This document shows, in pieces, positions 1 through 12,414 of a stretch of DNA of 40,735 bases. The DNA lies in NCBI GenBank assembly GCA_016618085.1, contig JABLTG010000011.1, positions 186,001 through 226,735 of the forward strand, in the 5' to 3' direction. Each line of letters starts with the position of its first letter. Position 1 is the first letter of the stretch. The notes below the pieces were generated by a model. That model was not told where the DNA came from. It did not search any database and saw only the letters and a program-made list of their open reading frames with translations. A program made the position numbers and the translations under genes. The DNA comes from Neovahlkampfia damariscottae (lineage: Eukaryota).

Positions 1-59
1 ATTTTTTTTGAGTGCCCAAACAAATTGTCTAAATTTTTCCAAACAAGACATTGTTTCAT
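1..59 (-). CDS. 5' end of a gene running off the window (MKQCLVWKNLDNLFGHSK...)
   Basis: ATG at 59 lies inside CCAATG; the frame is open to the window edge; divergent from the gene at 81. Confidence 0.4.
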   Translation of the reverse strand, partial: MKQCLVWKNLDNLFGHSKK

Positions 60-80
60 TGGTCAACCGAACTATTGTGG

Positions 81-646
81 ATGGAAGAAATAGCTTCACC
101 AAAACTTACAAATGAATTCCTCCTCAATCTGAAAATTTTAACTAATTTTTCATCACAAAACCATTTACATGATGTTAGAATTATTTTAAACAATAATTTA
201 CCTGATGCTTCTCATCATATTGAACAACAAAATTCAATTGTATTTTTTTTTTTACAAATCAAATTTCTAACAAGTAGAACAAAGGAGAGTATAGTTGGCC
301 AAAAATAAAAAAAGCAATGAAACATGAAAATTCGAAAGAGAATCATTCTGAAGAATATTGGATGAGAAAATAGTATATATAATATTTGATATTAATAAAC
401 TTATTAGTAATGAACTTTCAAAACATATTGAAGAAGAAGAAGAAGTAAATGAACAAATGATTTTATCAGACAGAATCATAAAACCGTAAGTTCATTCATT
501 TTTGAAAAAATAAAAGAAAGAAAATCAATTTTAAAAGTGATACTGACATTGAAAAAAATAAAAACTCGCAAGATTCAATTGAATTAAGAAATTTGAATGA
601 AATGAATTATGATAAAAAAAATATTATAAGATCATTTGTTGAATAA
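81..646 (+). CDS. Hypothetical protein, 3 short introns
   Basis: ATG 81; GT-AG introns near 240-277, 373-407 and 486-516 join an open acidic frame ending at TAA 644-646. Confidence 0.55.
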
Positions 647-662
647 AACTGTATTAATGTAT

Positions 663-1981
663 TTAATTTTTTATATCTTTTAGATCAATTTCATTATTCT
701 TCTCTTGTTTTATTGAGTTTTGTGGTGAATAATTTTTTTCAGGTGAATATCTTCTCCTTCTTGGTGGTGACGGTGATCTTGAATATCTTCTTCTTCTTGG
801 TGGTGACGGTGATCTTGAATATCTTCTTCTTGGAGGTGGAGAACTTGAATATCTTCTTCTTCTTCTTGGTGGTGATCTAGAGTATCTTCTTCTTCTTGGT
901 GGTGATGGTGATCTTGAATATCTTCTTTTTGGTGTTGGAGACCATGTTTCACCTGGTGGTGGTGTTTGATATTTCATAAAACCTCTTCCTAAAAAAAAAT
1001 GAAAAATATTAATCTTTTTTACCTTTGTAACTTCTTTTTTCTGGATTTTCAGGTGACAAAGGAATATTTATCGATATTGTATCAATATTTTGTTGAATTT
1101 CTTCTTGTTCTTCTTTGTCTTCTTCACTTTTCTCTCCACTGTCTTGTAACTTTGTTAATTGATCAATTTGAGCTTGTATTTTTTTCATTTTTTCTTCTCT
1201 CTTCTTTCTTTTTAATTCTTTTTTTTCTTTTTTTAATTTTTTTTTCATCTTTTTTTCTTGTTCAGAATCAGAACTTTTATCGTCTTCTATTTTCATTTCA
1301 CCACAGTCTATTATAGTAACATCTTGAAGTGGTTTTGATCTTTCTAAATCAACTTGTACATCTTCTATCATTTTTACAACTTCCATTCCATCAATAACTT
1401 GTCCAAATACAACCTAAACAAAATAATGAATTACTTTTTGATCTTTTACATGTTTTCCATCAAGAAAAGGACATCTTTTTGTTGTGATGAAAAATTGTGA
1501 CCCATTTGCTTCAAAAGTTATAATATAATTAAATTACTATTCTTTCCAGCGTTAGCCATGGATACCATGAAAGGACGATGATGTTTAATAGTAAAGTTTT
1601 CATCATCAAATTTGGCAGAAAATATACTTTCTCCACCTAAAATAATTAATAAATAGATTTTCATACCTGTTCCATTACCATGACTAAAGTCTCCTCCTAA
1701 TATAAAATATTATTTTTCATTTCAAATTGTTACCTTGAATCATGAAATCTTTTATCACTCTATGAAATGTTGAATTTTTATAATGCAAAGGTTTTCCAAA
1801 ATTCTTTCCGATTCCTTTTTCACCAGTACACAAAGCTCTAAAATTCTCGCAAGTCTTTGGTGTGATTTCTGTGAACAAATGAATAATAATTCTTCCAATT
1901 TTCTTATCACCAATTGCTATAACATTTAGTTTGTCCAAAAAGATAAATACCAATATCAAGAAATACTTCTTCTGCAGGCAT
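663..1981 (-). CDS. Cyclophilin-type PPIase with Lys/Glu linker and C-terminal RS/SP domain (PPIG/Cyp63-like), 6 introns
   Basis: Spliced product contains [56 protein letters not shown], followed by [10 protein letters not shown] repeats. Confidence 0.93.
745..926 (-). repeat. Coding tandem repeat (~33-39 nt unit) encoding [12 protein letters not shown]
   Basis: About 5 near-identical units of cttcttcttggtggtgacggtgatcttgaatat on the + strand. Confidence 0.9.
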
Positions 1982-2057
1982 GATTGTTTGAAAAACTAAG
2001 GAGATAAATCTATTTGATTGGTGGAAAAAAGAAAAAGAAAAAAAACAAATTTAATTT

Positions 2058-5000
2058 TTAAAATTCATCTGATTTATATTCATTTCTTTCCATTGTTGTT
2101 ACAAGAGAAAATGGAAATTTTGAAAATTTATGTAAAAGACGAATGATTGAAACTCTTGCATCTTGAATTCTCATGAATGAATTTCTTTTATAGTAAGAAG
2201 AAATATCTTGATGAAATATTGAATTAAATAAGTTTTCCAATAATTGTTTGTTTAAACAGATTGAAATTAAAATTCTTAATCTAACCAATGAAAGAGTTTT
2301 TTCATCTTTTGTCCATAAATTTTCCAATGTAATTGATTCTTTAATATATTTTTTCAATTTATTAATTCTTTTATCATTTACAAGATTATCAATAATTTCA
2401 AATAAAGTTGAAGATTCTTCTTTTCTTGAATGATTTAAAATTCTTTCTAAAACTGGAATTAATCTTTTTCTAATATATTGATCAATTTCTGATGTAAATT
2501 GATGATTAGATTGAGATAAAAAATCTGAAGTAATTGATTGTTCAGTTAATATTTCATGAATAGTTAAAGTTGAATCTAAATCTTTTTTTTTTCTCATATA
2601 AAAAGTAATTTCTTTACCAATTTTAGATATTTCAGAAATTAATTTTGAATCAGGTAATTCTTTAATTGTATAATCAAATTTAATTTTATCACCAATAAAT
2701 AATATTTCTGGTATAATAACTCTATCACGAATTAAAGCTAAAACATTCATATCTTTTGCTTTTAAATATTTTATAATTTGTAAATGAGTCATTTCTTCAA
2801 AAATAGATTCTGATTCTGGATCAATTAAAAGATATTGTTTTTTTGATTTTTCAATAGATTCAATTTCAATTTGATTTAATTCATCTGAATAATCTTTATC
2901 ATTCATTTGAATTGCTTTTATAATTCTTTGTGATCTATCAATTTCTGATTCAGAAAATACAGTTGATATTTCTAATAATTTTTGCATTTCAATAAAATTA
3001 CCATCAATAATATATTGTGACATATCTCTTGGATGATTAATTTGATCTTCATGTAATTTTTTAATCGTTAATTGTGATGTTCTTAAAATATGTCCAATTA
3101 TTTTTTCAAATAAATCTTCTTCTGCTTTCATAAATAATTTTCCAATTTTTTCTTTTTTTTCGAAATAAATTAATTTTGGTTCATAATTAAAAAAACTATT
3201 CAATAATTTTCCTTCTTCTTTTCTTTGATTAATATCTTCTTGTGTTGATTTTATTGTAAATTTTGGATCTAATTTTGATAATTCTTTTGCACCAATATTT
3301 TGTAATGTGTCATTACTGGTACTACCACTAGAACCACCACCACCACCACCACTAGAACCATGACCATGACCATGACTACCATTTGATGATTTATTTTTTG
3401 AATGATGATTTGTATTTTCAGAAATACCTCTAAACATTTGAAATACAAAACAATTATATTGTACTAATTGTAATGTTTCAATTGAAGGTGGATAATCTGA
3501 TATTAAATACCATAATTCTAATATAAAATAATAATAACTTTTTAATTTTGGCATTTTTCTTCCTCTTATAATAAAATCTTGCATAATTGTATAATATTGT
3601 TTAATTTCAAACTTTTCTCTTTTCTTTTTTACTTCAATCCAAAGAGTAACTAAAAGTTCTTTAATTTCATCAATTAATTCTTTTTCTTCAATTAATTCTT
3701 TTAAAAATAATTTTCCTTCTTCAATTAATTTTTCTAATTGTTTTGATTTAAATATTTCAGATGTTTGTGAATCATTATTATATGATTCTGCTGATTTTAT
3801 TATTTCTTCAATTCTTAATGAATGACATCTTTCTTCAATTGCAAATTTTAATGCTTTTTTATGTTCATCTTCATCATCTAATTTCTTTTTTAATAAATAT
3901 GCATTATTTTTAATTTTTGTTAATTTATTAATTTTAGCTGATTTTTCAATTTCTCCAATAGCTTCAACATTTTTATTATTAACATAATATCTCAACATTC
4001 TTGTAAAATGATCATTAAATACAACTTTAGTAGTTTGTCTAAATGTAATAACATAACTTTCTCCTTGTAATTGTTGTACTCTTACTACAAATGGTGAATT
4101 ATTTCCAGGTCTTTTATATGAAAATGGTTGAAATTTAACAAAGTCTTTAGATTCTAATAATCCTGCTTCAAAAATAACTTGTTCTCCTTCTTTTGTATCA
4201 ATTAAAAATGGTTGTGATCGATTTCCTTTAATATGTAATGGTCTTCTTGATCCATATTTAATATTAAAAAAACAACCACTTGATTTTTGATTTGGATTTA
4301 CTGGTTCTAATAATATTCTATATAATCCACTTGGTAAAGTATATGTTTTAGTTCTATATGCATTTAAATCAATTGTATTTTTAATTCCTGTTCTAACTTC
4401 TAATTCAAGTGTTACTTCAACTTCTAAATTTTGAAAGTTTTCTGAAGCTGATTCTAATTTACAATTTACTGTAACTGTTTCAAAATACTCTGAATCAAGA
4501 AATGGATATAAAATGATTAATTCTCCTGGATTTTGTGCTGATTCACACGCTTGAAAAAAAGTGTTAAAGCACTTCTTCTTTTTTTACCTTTAACAGTTGG
4601 TATATCATTTTTCATGTCAGATAAATTTTGTTTATCTTTATCAGATATAAAAGCTTCTTTACAATAAATTGTTGTATTCTTTGCTTCTGCACTTTTTGAA
4701 GTGTTGACTATTCTGATTCGATAAGCATGAATAGCAGGTACGTTTTTGAACACCAGTTCTTTAACATTTTTCAAAAATTTAAATTTTTGAGTTTTAAAAA
4801 CTTCGTACTCTTTTTGAAAAAGAATAAATAAAAAAATTGAATACCCTTAATAACGTTCCCTGGAACTTTATTTCTTTCAGTAGCTTGTACAGTTTGATAT
4901 TCAAATTCTATGGCTTCAAGCTCTTTTAATTCTTCATCTAAAGCGACTTCTTTCCCAAGGAGTGGATTCAGAGAATTATTACTCATAGCAAGGATAGCAT

Positions 5001-5085
5001 CAAGTTTTTTTTGTTTTTCTTTTTCCTTCTCTTTTGCAAAACCACCAATTTGAATTGATTGTCTGAGTTTGTTTAGACCATTCAT
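2058..5085 (-). CDS. Large protein with C-terminal RUN-like domain, 3 introns
   Basis: Introns 4808-4844, 4759-4801 and ~4550-4587 join the track ORFs; C-terminal LIPVLERILNH...RLRILISICLNKQLL...SYYKRNSFMR...FPFSL resembles RUN-domain blocks. Confidence 0.65.
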
Positions 5086-5257
5086 CTTTTACAAAAAACG
5101 ATGGTGAAAAATAAAGATGATTGGATAAATTTTGAGGAACAAAATTATTGGTGGAAAAAAAAAAATCAAAATTTTTTTTTTTGATTGCATTCAGTTATGT
5201 CATATAAAAATTGATTAAATCTCATAGGTTTAATGAAATAATACAAGAAACAAGAAA

Positions 5258-6487
5258 TTATTTACAATTGTTCATTTGTTTAATTCTTTTATAAGCATTG
5301 ATTGTATCATTCAATGATTTTTCAAGTGTTGATTTTTCGAATTCTAATTGTTCATTCTCATTCTTTAATTCAAATATTTGTTCATTGAGTTCCTTTTTAA
5401 AATGTTATTTGAAAAATGTAAAAACTTCAAATAAATCATTAATATTTTCATTCACTTCTTCCAAAAAATCATGTTTATTTTGTAATAGAAGGTCAATTAT
5501 CCATTTTTTTGATTCTGAAAAATCTATTGAAATTTTTTGTGCATTTTCTTTCAATAACTTTGTATGTTCTTCATTTCTTTTTATTTTTCCCTTCAACATA
5601 AAAGTCTCAAGTTTCTTTGAATCCAATTCTTTTTCAGTTTCTTCCAATTTTTCTCTAATTTTCATCTTTTCCATTTTAAAATCTTCCTTAGCTTCAAAAA
5701 TGAATTAATTAACAATATTCCAACCTTTTTCAAGTAATTCTTTCAATTTTTTTCTTTCATTTCCAAAGTTTTGAGCTAAATTTTCAATTTCTTTTATGTG
5801 TTGTAACGATTCTTCCTTAGAATTATTTTCTCTAACTGCTAATGTGACTAAAATATTAAGAATTTTTTAAGAAAACTTTTGGTTTTTTTTAATTCCACTT
5901 CAACAATAGATAGTTTTGATGACAATTCTTGAATGGTATTTTCTTTTGAGCACACTATTTTTTTCAAATTTATGTTTTGATTCCACATCTATGATGGTAA
6001 ATTAAAAATTGACTAACTTCATTGATATTCTTTGTGCTAATCGCTGATTGTTCCTTGAACTTTTAAAAAAAGATGAAATACTGAAAATATTTTGGTAATA
6101 GATTTTAAGTCTGTTGAGTACACACCCAATTCATCTGGTAAAATTTGGATTGTTTCCTTCAATTTCGTCAATTCTGTTTTCATCCATCTTAATTCATCTT
6201 CGTATAAACGAAGAATTGAATGATTCAAATTCTAAATTTAATAATATTTTGATAAACTTTTTGATTTGTATTATCCATGCCAATTCTAAGGAAATTGCAG
6301 ACAATGTATTTGTAAACTAATGTCTAAAAAGGTCAAAGAAAAATTTTCGTACGAAGTCGTTCAAAAAGTTGGAATAAGAAGAAACTTTCGAAAAAAATTC
6401 GTCAAACCTTGCATCCTGAGAGTATTTTTCGGAAAGAGATTTAATTTCTTCGTCAATGTGGCGTCGTAAAGACTCCAACAAATCCAT
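5258..6487 (-). CDS. Coiled-coil hypothetical protein, several introns
   Basis: ATG 6487 (MDLLESLRRH); K/E-rich heptad-like ORF fragments separated by short GT-AG introns; end position approximate. Confidence 0.6.
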
Positions 6488-6496
6488 GAAGTTCCA

Positions 6497-6501
6497 CCAA
6501 T
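6497..6501. promoter_or_regulatory. CCAAT element in a 25-nt divergent intergenic region
   Basis: Only recognisable motif between ATGs at 6487(-) and 6513(+); recurs at nearly all gene starts. Confidence 0.65.
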
Positions 6502-6512
6502 AAAAAACGTCT

Positions 6513-6859
6513 ATGAAAATGGGTAAATTTAAAGACAGTGATGAAGAAGATGAGCAATTTTCTTTTTTTCAAAAATTAAGATTACTTCCAAGAAAAACAT
6601 TGATGGCCTCATTCAGTTTTTTTTTTGTTGGTTTGATAATTTTGGGTATTGAACGTTTTACAAAATTGACTTTTTACTCATAGTTTTTGGAATATATGCT
6701 TTTAAAAATTTCGATGACACAAATAGGTCATTATCTTTTGTTTTTGTTGGTGTTGTTTTATTCCTTCCAGGTAGTTATAGTGCTTTTATCATTATGAATG
6801 TTTTATTTGAAGTTGAAGGATACTCCATGGAAGATATCGCTTCATATGATGAAGAATAA
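6513..6859 (+). CDS. TMEM230/TMEM134 (DUF872)-like two-TM protein; absent from the ORF track
   Basis: One intron 6646-6683; two hydrophobic helices followed by LFLPGSY...GYSMEDI, typical of this family. Confidence 0.8.
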
Positions 6860-6913
6860 CAAATTTGATTGAATTAAATTGGTTATAAATCAAAGTTTTA
6901 GTTTTTTTTTTAT

Positions 6914-8389
6914 TTAAAAATGATTTAAAGTGCCATATTCACTTGAACCAATTTTGAAACCATTTGAAATAGCTTTGTGAATATACTTTATTGATTTTTC
7001 AACTGAATTTTTTAAATTTAAACCTAAAGCCATGTTTGAAGCAATAGAAGCAGATAAAGAGCATCCAGAACCATGTGTATTATTATTATCTACAAATTCA
7101 TTTTGGAAAATTGAAAATTCATTCAAATCTGATTCATACAAAACATCATAAACAAAACCATCATTAATATTCAAATGACCACCTTTAATTAAAACATTTT
7201 TTACTTTTAAATTTTCAGATAAAAGTTTAGCACCAGTTTTTACATCTTCAACTGTTTTTAATTCTTTAATAGAAAAAGTAGATTCATTTATTTTTGATAA
7301 TAAATGTTTTGCTTCATCTATATTTGGTGTAATTAATGTTGCTATTGGTATTAAATGATCACATAATTTTGAAATTGATTCATCTTTTAGTAATTTACTT
7401 CCACTTGTAGAAATCATAACAGGATCTAAAATAATTGGTATTTCTAAATCAATAATATATTTTGATACTGATAATATAATATCAGAATCAAATAACATTC
7501 CTATTTTTATGGCTTTTATTTTGATATCTGATTTTATTGCTTGAAATTGTTGTTCAATGGATTCAGTTGATATTTTTTCAACATGAAAAACACCTTTAGT
7601 ATTCTGTGCAGTTAATGCAGTGATTATAGTGGTACCAAATACGTTATGAGAATGAAATGTATTCAAATCAGCTTGTATACCTGCACCACCTCCTGAATCA
7701 GAACCTGCAATAGTTGCAACACAAATAGGTTTAATATTAATGTTTGATTTAAAATTAAAGTTATCCATTCTATATGCTGATTCCCAGAATAGATATTCCA
7801 TGTAGGTACATTTTACGAAATGATCAATACATTTTGATTTTTGATCATCATTCAATGTTGAAGCATATTTATTCATTAAATTCAAAATATCAACACCTGA
7901 AGAAGAATATTCATCTGATGAATAACTATCAATCCATTCCTTAAATGGATTATTTTGAATTGACTTTTTCAAAATATATTTTCCAATAATTTCATAAACC
8001 CAAAAACAAGATAAATATGCTGACAAAGACTCATAAATTGGTCTTTCATGAGCCACTCTTAATAAATAAGATGTATATAATAAACAATTTGGACTTTGTT
8101 CTATTGTTTTATTTTCATCAATATACTTTTTATGGAGCAATATTTCTTCTTCGAAAATACTTTTTGAAAAATCACAAAATAAATTAATTTCTTCTTTAGA
8201 ATCTGATTTGGATGCCATAATTAACCATCCTCTGGAGTAATCTTTCAAATAGCAAGAATCTTGTTCCAAATAATGAACAAACTTTTGTTTTGATAATGAA
8301 CCATTGATCATTTCTACAATGAATGGTAATTCATACATATTGTTTAAGATATCTTCAATATTTTGTAGAAGATGTTCTGTAAACTTCAT
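6914..8389 (-). CDS. Fusion of TenA (thiaminase II / aminopyrimidine aminohydrolase, N-terminal) and ThiD (HMP/HMP-P kinase, C-terminal); intronless
   Basis: [13 protein letters not shown] (putative catalytic Cys), EYLFW; then [36 protein letters not shown]; first ATG is at 8389. Confidence 0.92.
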   Translation of the reverse strand: MKFTEHLLQNIEDILNNMYELPFIVEMINGSLSKQKFVHYLEQDSCYLKDYSRGWLIMASKSDSKEEINLFCDFSKSIFEEEILLHKKYIDENKTIEQSPNCLLYTSYLLRVAHERPIYESLSAYLSCFWVYEIIGKYILKKSIQNNPFKEWIDSYSSDEYSSSGVDILNLMNKYASTLNDDQKSKCIDHFVKCTYMEYLFWESAYRMDNFNFKSNINIKPICVATIAGSDSGGGAGIQADLNTFHSHNVFGTTIITALTAQNTKGVFHVEKISTESIEQQFQAIKSDIKIKAIKIGMLFDSDIILSVSKYIIDLEIPIILDPVMISTSGSKLLKDESISKLCDHLIPIATLITPNIDEAKHLLSKINESTFSIKELKTVEDVKTGAKLLSENLKVKNVLIKGGHLNINDGFVYDVLYESDLNEFSIFQNEFVDNNNTHGSGCSLSASIASNMALGLNLKNSVEKSIKYIHKAISNGFKIGSSEYGTLNHF

Positions 8390-8415
8390 CAACAAAAAAA
8401 TTGAAGGATGTTTGT

Positions 8416-8420
8416 CCAAT
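8416..8420. promoter_or_regulatory. CCAAT element in the bidirectional promoter of the thiamine gene pair
   Basis: TCCAATCAG centred in the 52-nt gap between the divergent ATGs. Confidence 0.7.
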
Positions 8421-8441
8421 CAGAAATTTTGGAAGATAAAG

Positions 8442-9918
8442 ATGAAGAAGTTTTTTGACACCTCACTTTACTTAATAGCTGATTCAATATCCACAAAGAA
8501 TATCCCTATTCAAAAATTAGTTAAAGAATCTGTGAAAGGAGGATGTACCATGATTCAATTGGTAAATATCATTATTTTTTTGAATTATTTTTTTGAAGAG
8601 AGAAAAAACACTAAATCAAAACCATTTCATTGACTTAGCTAAGAAATTTAAAAATGAGTGTGACAAATATAATATTCCTTTGATAATTAATGATAATTTT
8701 GAGGTTATGAAAGCATCAAATGCTGATGGAATTCATGTTGGTCAAAATGACGAAACTTTAAGCATGATCAAAAAAAAAATATCTCCTTCAAAAATTATTG
8801 GTATTACTGTTAACTCAACAGAGCAGGCATTAAAAGCAGTAGAACAAGGAGCAGATTATTTAGGAACCGATTCAGTTTTTGAATCTTCAACAAAACCAGG
8901 AAAATCAATGGGCTTGCAAAAATTAAAAGATATTACAAATATTTCATCTGTTCCAGTTGTTGGGATTGGTGGAATTAATAAAGATAATATTAGTTCTATA
9001 TTACATTCAAATGTAAAAGGAATTGCAGTCTCATCAGCAATTCTAAATTCAAATTCATATTTAAAAGAATCAGAATCATTGTCCATTAAAATTAATCAAT
9101 TCAAAGAAAATCAATTAAAATTGAAAATAGCAATGACATTCGAAAAAATAAAAGAAAAATCACCATTAGTCCATAATATTACTAATAATGTGGTAATGAA
9201 TCAAACTGCGAATGGTTGTATTCATTTGGGTGCTTCACCAATTATGAGTGAAGCTATAGAAGAAATGGAAGATTTGGTATCAATATCTAATGCTTTGAAT
9301 GTAAATATTGGCACTTTGACAACTTCACAAATCAATTCAATTTTATTTGCTGGAAGAAAAGCAAATCAATGCAATATTCCAATTACATTGGATCCGGTTG
9401 GTGTTGGAGCATCAAATTTTAGACGTCAAATGTCTGGAAAATTATTAAATGAACTTCAATTTTCAATTATCAAAGGTAATCAATCTGAAATTTCATTTTT
9501 GCATAATGAAAATCAAAAACAACAAAAAGGAGTTGATTCTATTGGTGATATAAAAGAAATTGATAATATTGTCAAAGAATTATCAAGAAGACTAAATGGT
9601 ACCATTGTTGCTGCAACTGGTAAAATTGATGCAATCAGTGATGGAAATGAAACCTATCAAATTTTGAATGAAAATGATATGTTAGGTAAAATAACAGGTA
9701 CTGGATGTTTATCAGGTGCTTTAATTTCTTGTTTTTCAGGTGTAACAAATGATCATTTAGTATCAGCAATCGGAGGATTAGCAAGTATTCTGATTTCTGC
9801 TGAAAAATCAAAATTTGAAGGATCATATTCATTCAAAGTATCATTAATGGACAATTTATCCAATTTAAATTCACATGACTTTATTGAATTTCTAAAAATA
9901 AAAAAGAAAAATTTTTGA
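8442..9918 (+). CDS. THI6: Bifunctional thiamine-phosphate synthase (ThiE) / hydroxyethylthiazole kinase (ThiM), THI6-like
   Basis: Intron 8562-8598 restores IQLREK; LIIND, GIHVGQ.D, VVGIGGI; then PLVHNITNNVVMN, LDPVGVGAS, ITGTGC. Confidence 0.92.
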
Positions 9919-9976
9919 CCAATGAATGTTACAACAATTTTTGAACCAATTACCTGGAGACAAACCAAAAAAAAAA

Positions 9977-10783
9977 ATGAAATTAATTGTATTATCATAC
10001 GAAAATTTAGACATGAAATTAATCAAAGAGCTATATTATGATTTATTTTTACCAGCTTTTCCAAACGAAAATCATATTGAACCATATGATGATTTTGTTC
10101 AAGCATTTGAAAAAAGAGATAAGTTTGAATATAAAAAGAAAGTATTTATTTTAATGGATAATGATATAGTTATTGCTGGATTGACGGTAGAATATTTTCC
10201 TCTCTCTAATTTTATCAACATGCCGTATCTTGCTATAAAATCAGAATACAGAGGAAAAAAATTATCCAAAATATTATTTGAAGAAGGATTTAAAGAATTA
10301 GAAAATCAATCAAAATTAAGACTGGAAGAAATGAATAAAAATCCAATTGATAATAGAATAATTGAAATAACAAAATTCTTTAATTTATCAACTATTGAAC
10401 AAACATGGGAATTATTAAAATCATTCAAACCTTATTATTGTTTAGAATCTGAATATGAATCTGAATATGATCCTATTATGAATCCAATTGATAGATTAAA
10501 GATATATGATAAAATTGGATTCAAAATTATTGATTTTGATTATTGTCAACCTCCTTTGTTTGAAAAAGCTCAACCAGTTTCAAATTTATATTTATTAACT
10601 GCTACTAAATTTTGTTCAAAAGATGAGAATGATAAATTTTATTTAGAATCATCAAGTTTAAAAATGTTTTATTGGGAATTTTCAAATCTAATTTCAACAA
10701 AATTTTTGAAATCAAATCAATTTCAACATGTTATTAATTCAATATCAAAAGAAAAAGTTTTTTTGAAAATGATTAAATTTTGA
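9977..10783 (+). CDS. GNAT-family N-acetyltransferase-like protein, intronless
   Basis: YLAIKSEYRGKKLS motif A-like segment, RLKIYDKIGF, YCQPPL; the start could also be 9926. Confidence 0.7.
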   Translation: MKLIVLSYENLDMKLIKELYYDLFLPAFPNENHIEPYDDFVQAFEKRDKFEYKKKVFILMDNDIVIAGLTVEYFPLSNFINMPYLAIKSEYRGKKLSKILFEEGFKELENQSKLRLEEMNKNPIDNRIIEITKFFNLSTIEQTWELLKSFKPYYCLESEYESEYDPIMNPIDRLKIYDKIGFKIIDFDYCQPPLFEKAQPVSNLYLLTATKFCSKDENDKFYLESSSLKMFYWEFSNLISTKFLKSNQFQHVINSISKEKVFLKMIKF

Positions 10784-10837
10784 ATTTATTTTCTTTTTCT
10801 TTTTTTATTGGACAATCTAGCAAGAGTTGGAAAATAA

Positions 10838-11206
10838 ATGGAAAAGTTGGAGGATGAAAACTTAAAATATGAAAAGAAAATGATTTGTCCAAGATGTAAA
10901 AACTCAGATATTAAAGATTGTTTTGGTTGTCTTGGACAAGGTGTGATTGACTCTGATTTTCAAATTTGTCCTGTATGTAATGGAAACCCTTTGAATCAAA
11001 ATAATGGTACATGTCACTGTTGTAAATCTTTTGGATATGTGGGTCAATTCTTTTTGAAATGTGAAAAGTGTGGAGGTGAAGGAGTTGAAAAAGGAAAACA
11101 AGGAATAAAATGTCATGACTGTTTTGGATTTGGTATGAAAATAAAGTTTGAAGATTTAATAGAAATAGAAATCAACAAAGTTATTGATGTAATAGACAAG
11201 GAATAA
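10838..11206 (+). CDS. DnaJ-type CxxCxGxG zinc-finger protein (no J domain)
   Basis: Six CxxC pairs, several of the form CxxCxGxG. Confidence 0.75.
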   Translation: MEKLEDENLKYEKKMICPRCKNSDIKDCFGCLGQGVIDSDFQICPVCNGNPLNQNNGTCHCCKSFGYVGQFFLKCEKCGGEGVEKGKQGIKCHDCFGFGMKIKFEDLIEIEINKVIDVIDKE

Positions 11207-11254
11207 AAATAAAGTTTTGTTATTTTGTGTGATTGGTCAAAAATACAATTTGTT

Positions 11255-12071
11255 ATGGAAGCAGAAAGAAAATCATCTTTGTCAAACAAAACTTTGTTAA
11301 AAGTAGTATTACTTGGTGACTCAGGAGTTGGTAAAACGAGTATTGTGAACCAATATGTTTATCAAAGTTTTGGACTGAAATATAAAGCCACAATAGGAGC
11401 TGATTTTTTACCAAAAGATATTTACATTGATGATAGACTCATAAGTATCTTTTTTTTTTTTTTTTTAATTTTAGTGATGCAAGTATTTCTTTTTTTTATA
11501 ATTTAATAAATCATAATAATATTAGATTTGGGGTAACTTATTTTTATTTTAACATTTGAATTTGATTAGATACAGCTGGACAGGAGAGTAAATAATATTT
11601 GTATTTAAAATCTAAAAAAGGATTTAATTCATTGAATGGTTCATACTACAGAGGATCAGATGCTATTATTTTGGTTTATGATGTAACAAGAAAATCAACA
11701 TTTCAGAATTTGGAAAACTGGAAAGATAATTTCTTTAAACAAGCAGGAGTTGATCCAAATAAAATAGATTTTCCAATTATTGTTCTTGGAAATAAAGTAG
11801 ATTTAGAATCAAGACAAGTTACAGTAACAAAAGAACTGATTTTTAATATTTAAAACAGTTGGATACCGCAAAAAAATGGTGTGAATCAAATGGAACATGT
11901 TGTTATCATTTTGAAACCAGCGCAAAAGACTCCATTAACATAGAACAAGCCTTTCTTGTAATTGCCCAAAAAGGTCATGGAAAAGGAATGACCACAAATG
12001 AAATTGATTATTCATTCACATTAGAAGAAACTAAACCAAAGTATAGTGATGATTCAGGTGGATGTTGTTAA
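11255..12071 (+). CDS. Rab7-like small GTPase, 5 introns
   Basis: [25 protein letters not shown], spliced QIWDTAGQERF, LGNKVD, FETSAK, C-terminal GGCC. Confidence 0.92.
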
Positions 12072-12380
12072 ATAAAAAAGTTATTTGTAAAAAAGTGAAA
12101 GAGTTGTTTCCATTTAAGTAAACAAAGTATAATATGTCAGTTATTCAAAGAAAAGTCTGAAAGACAGTTTGTGTGTTTCCAAAAATTCTTTTCAAATATT
12201 TACAAGTTTTAATTCAAATAATCACATTAGGATTGACTATCGGTTGTGAAAAATGAGTCACCAATCATAATTGCACACGTCATTGATTTTTAAGTATTTT
12301 GATTGGAGCAACGTTATAAAGAGAATTCATCTTATTGGTTAAACTCAAAGAATTTTTTTCAACACAACACAAACGAACTG

Positions 12381-12412
12381 GTAAGTGTTTTTAACAGCAA
12401 ACTAACATTTAG
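12381..12412 (+). other. 5' UTR intron of the cofilin gene
   Basis: Consensus GTAAGT...ACTAAC...TAG, 32 nt, ending 2 nt before the ATG. Confidence 0.8.
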
Positions 12413-12414
12413 AC

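Noticed and set aside
745..926. CRISPR-like repeat array
   Set aside because: Coding tandem repeat with no unique spacers; eukaryotic context
710..1316. His/Glu-repeat ORF 710-952 and Phe/Leu-rich ORF 999-1316
   Set aside because: Alternative-frame or antisense shadows of the cyclophilin RS and Lys/Glu regions
5183..5250. Hairpin ATTAAATCT/AGGTTTAAT followed by ACA (H/ACA-like)
   Set aside because: AT-rich stem likely by chance and could simply be 3' UTR; no convincing lower stem or guide pocket
8390..8598. TPP riboswitch near the thiamine genes
   Set aside because: No GCUGAGA / CUGAU / UAAU..GCG core is visible, and the spacer (52 nt) and intron (37 nt) are too short
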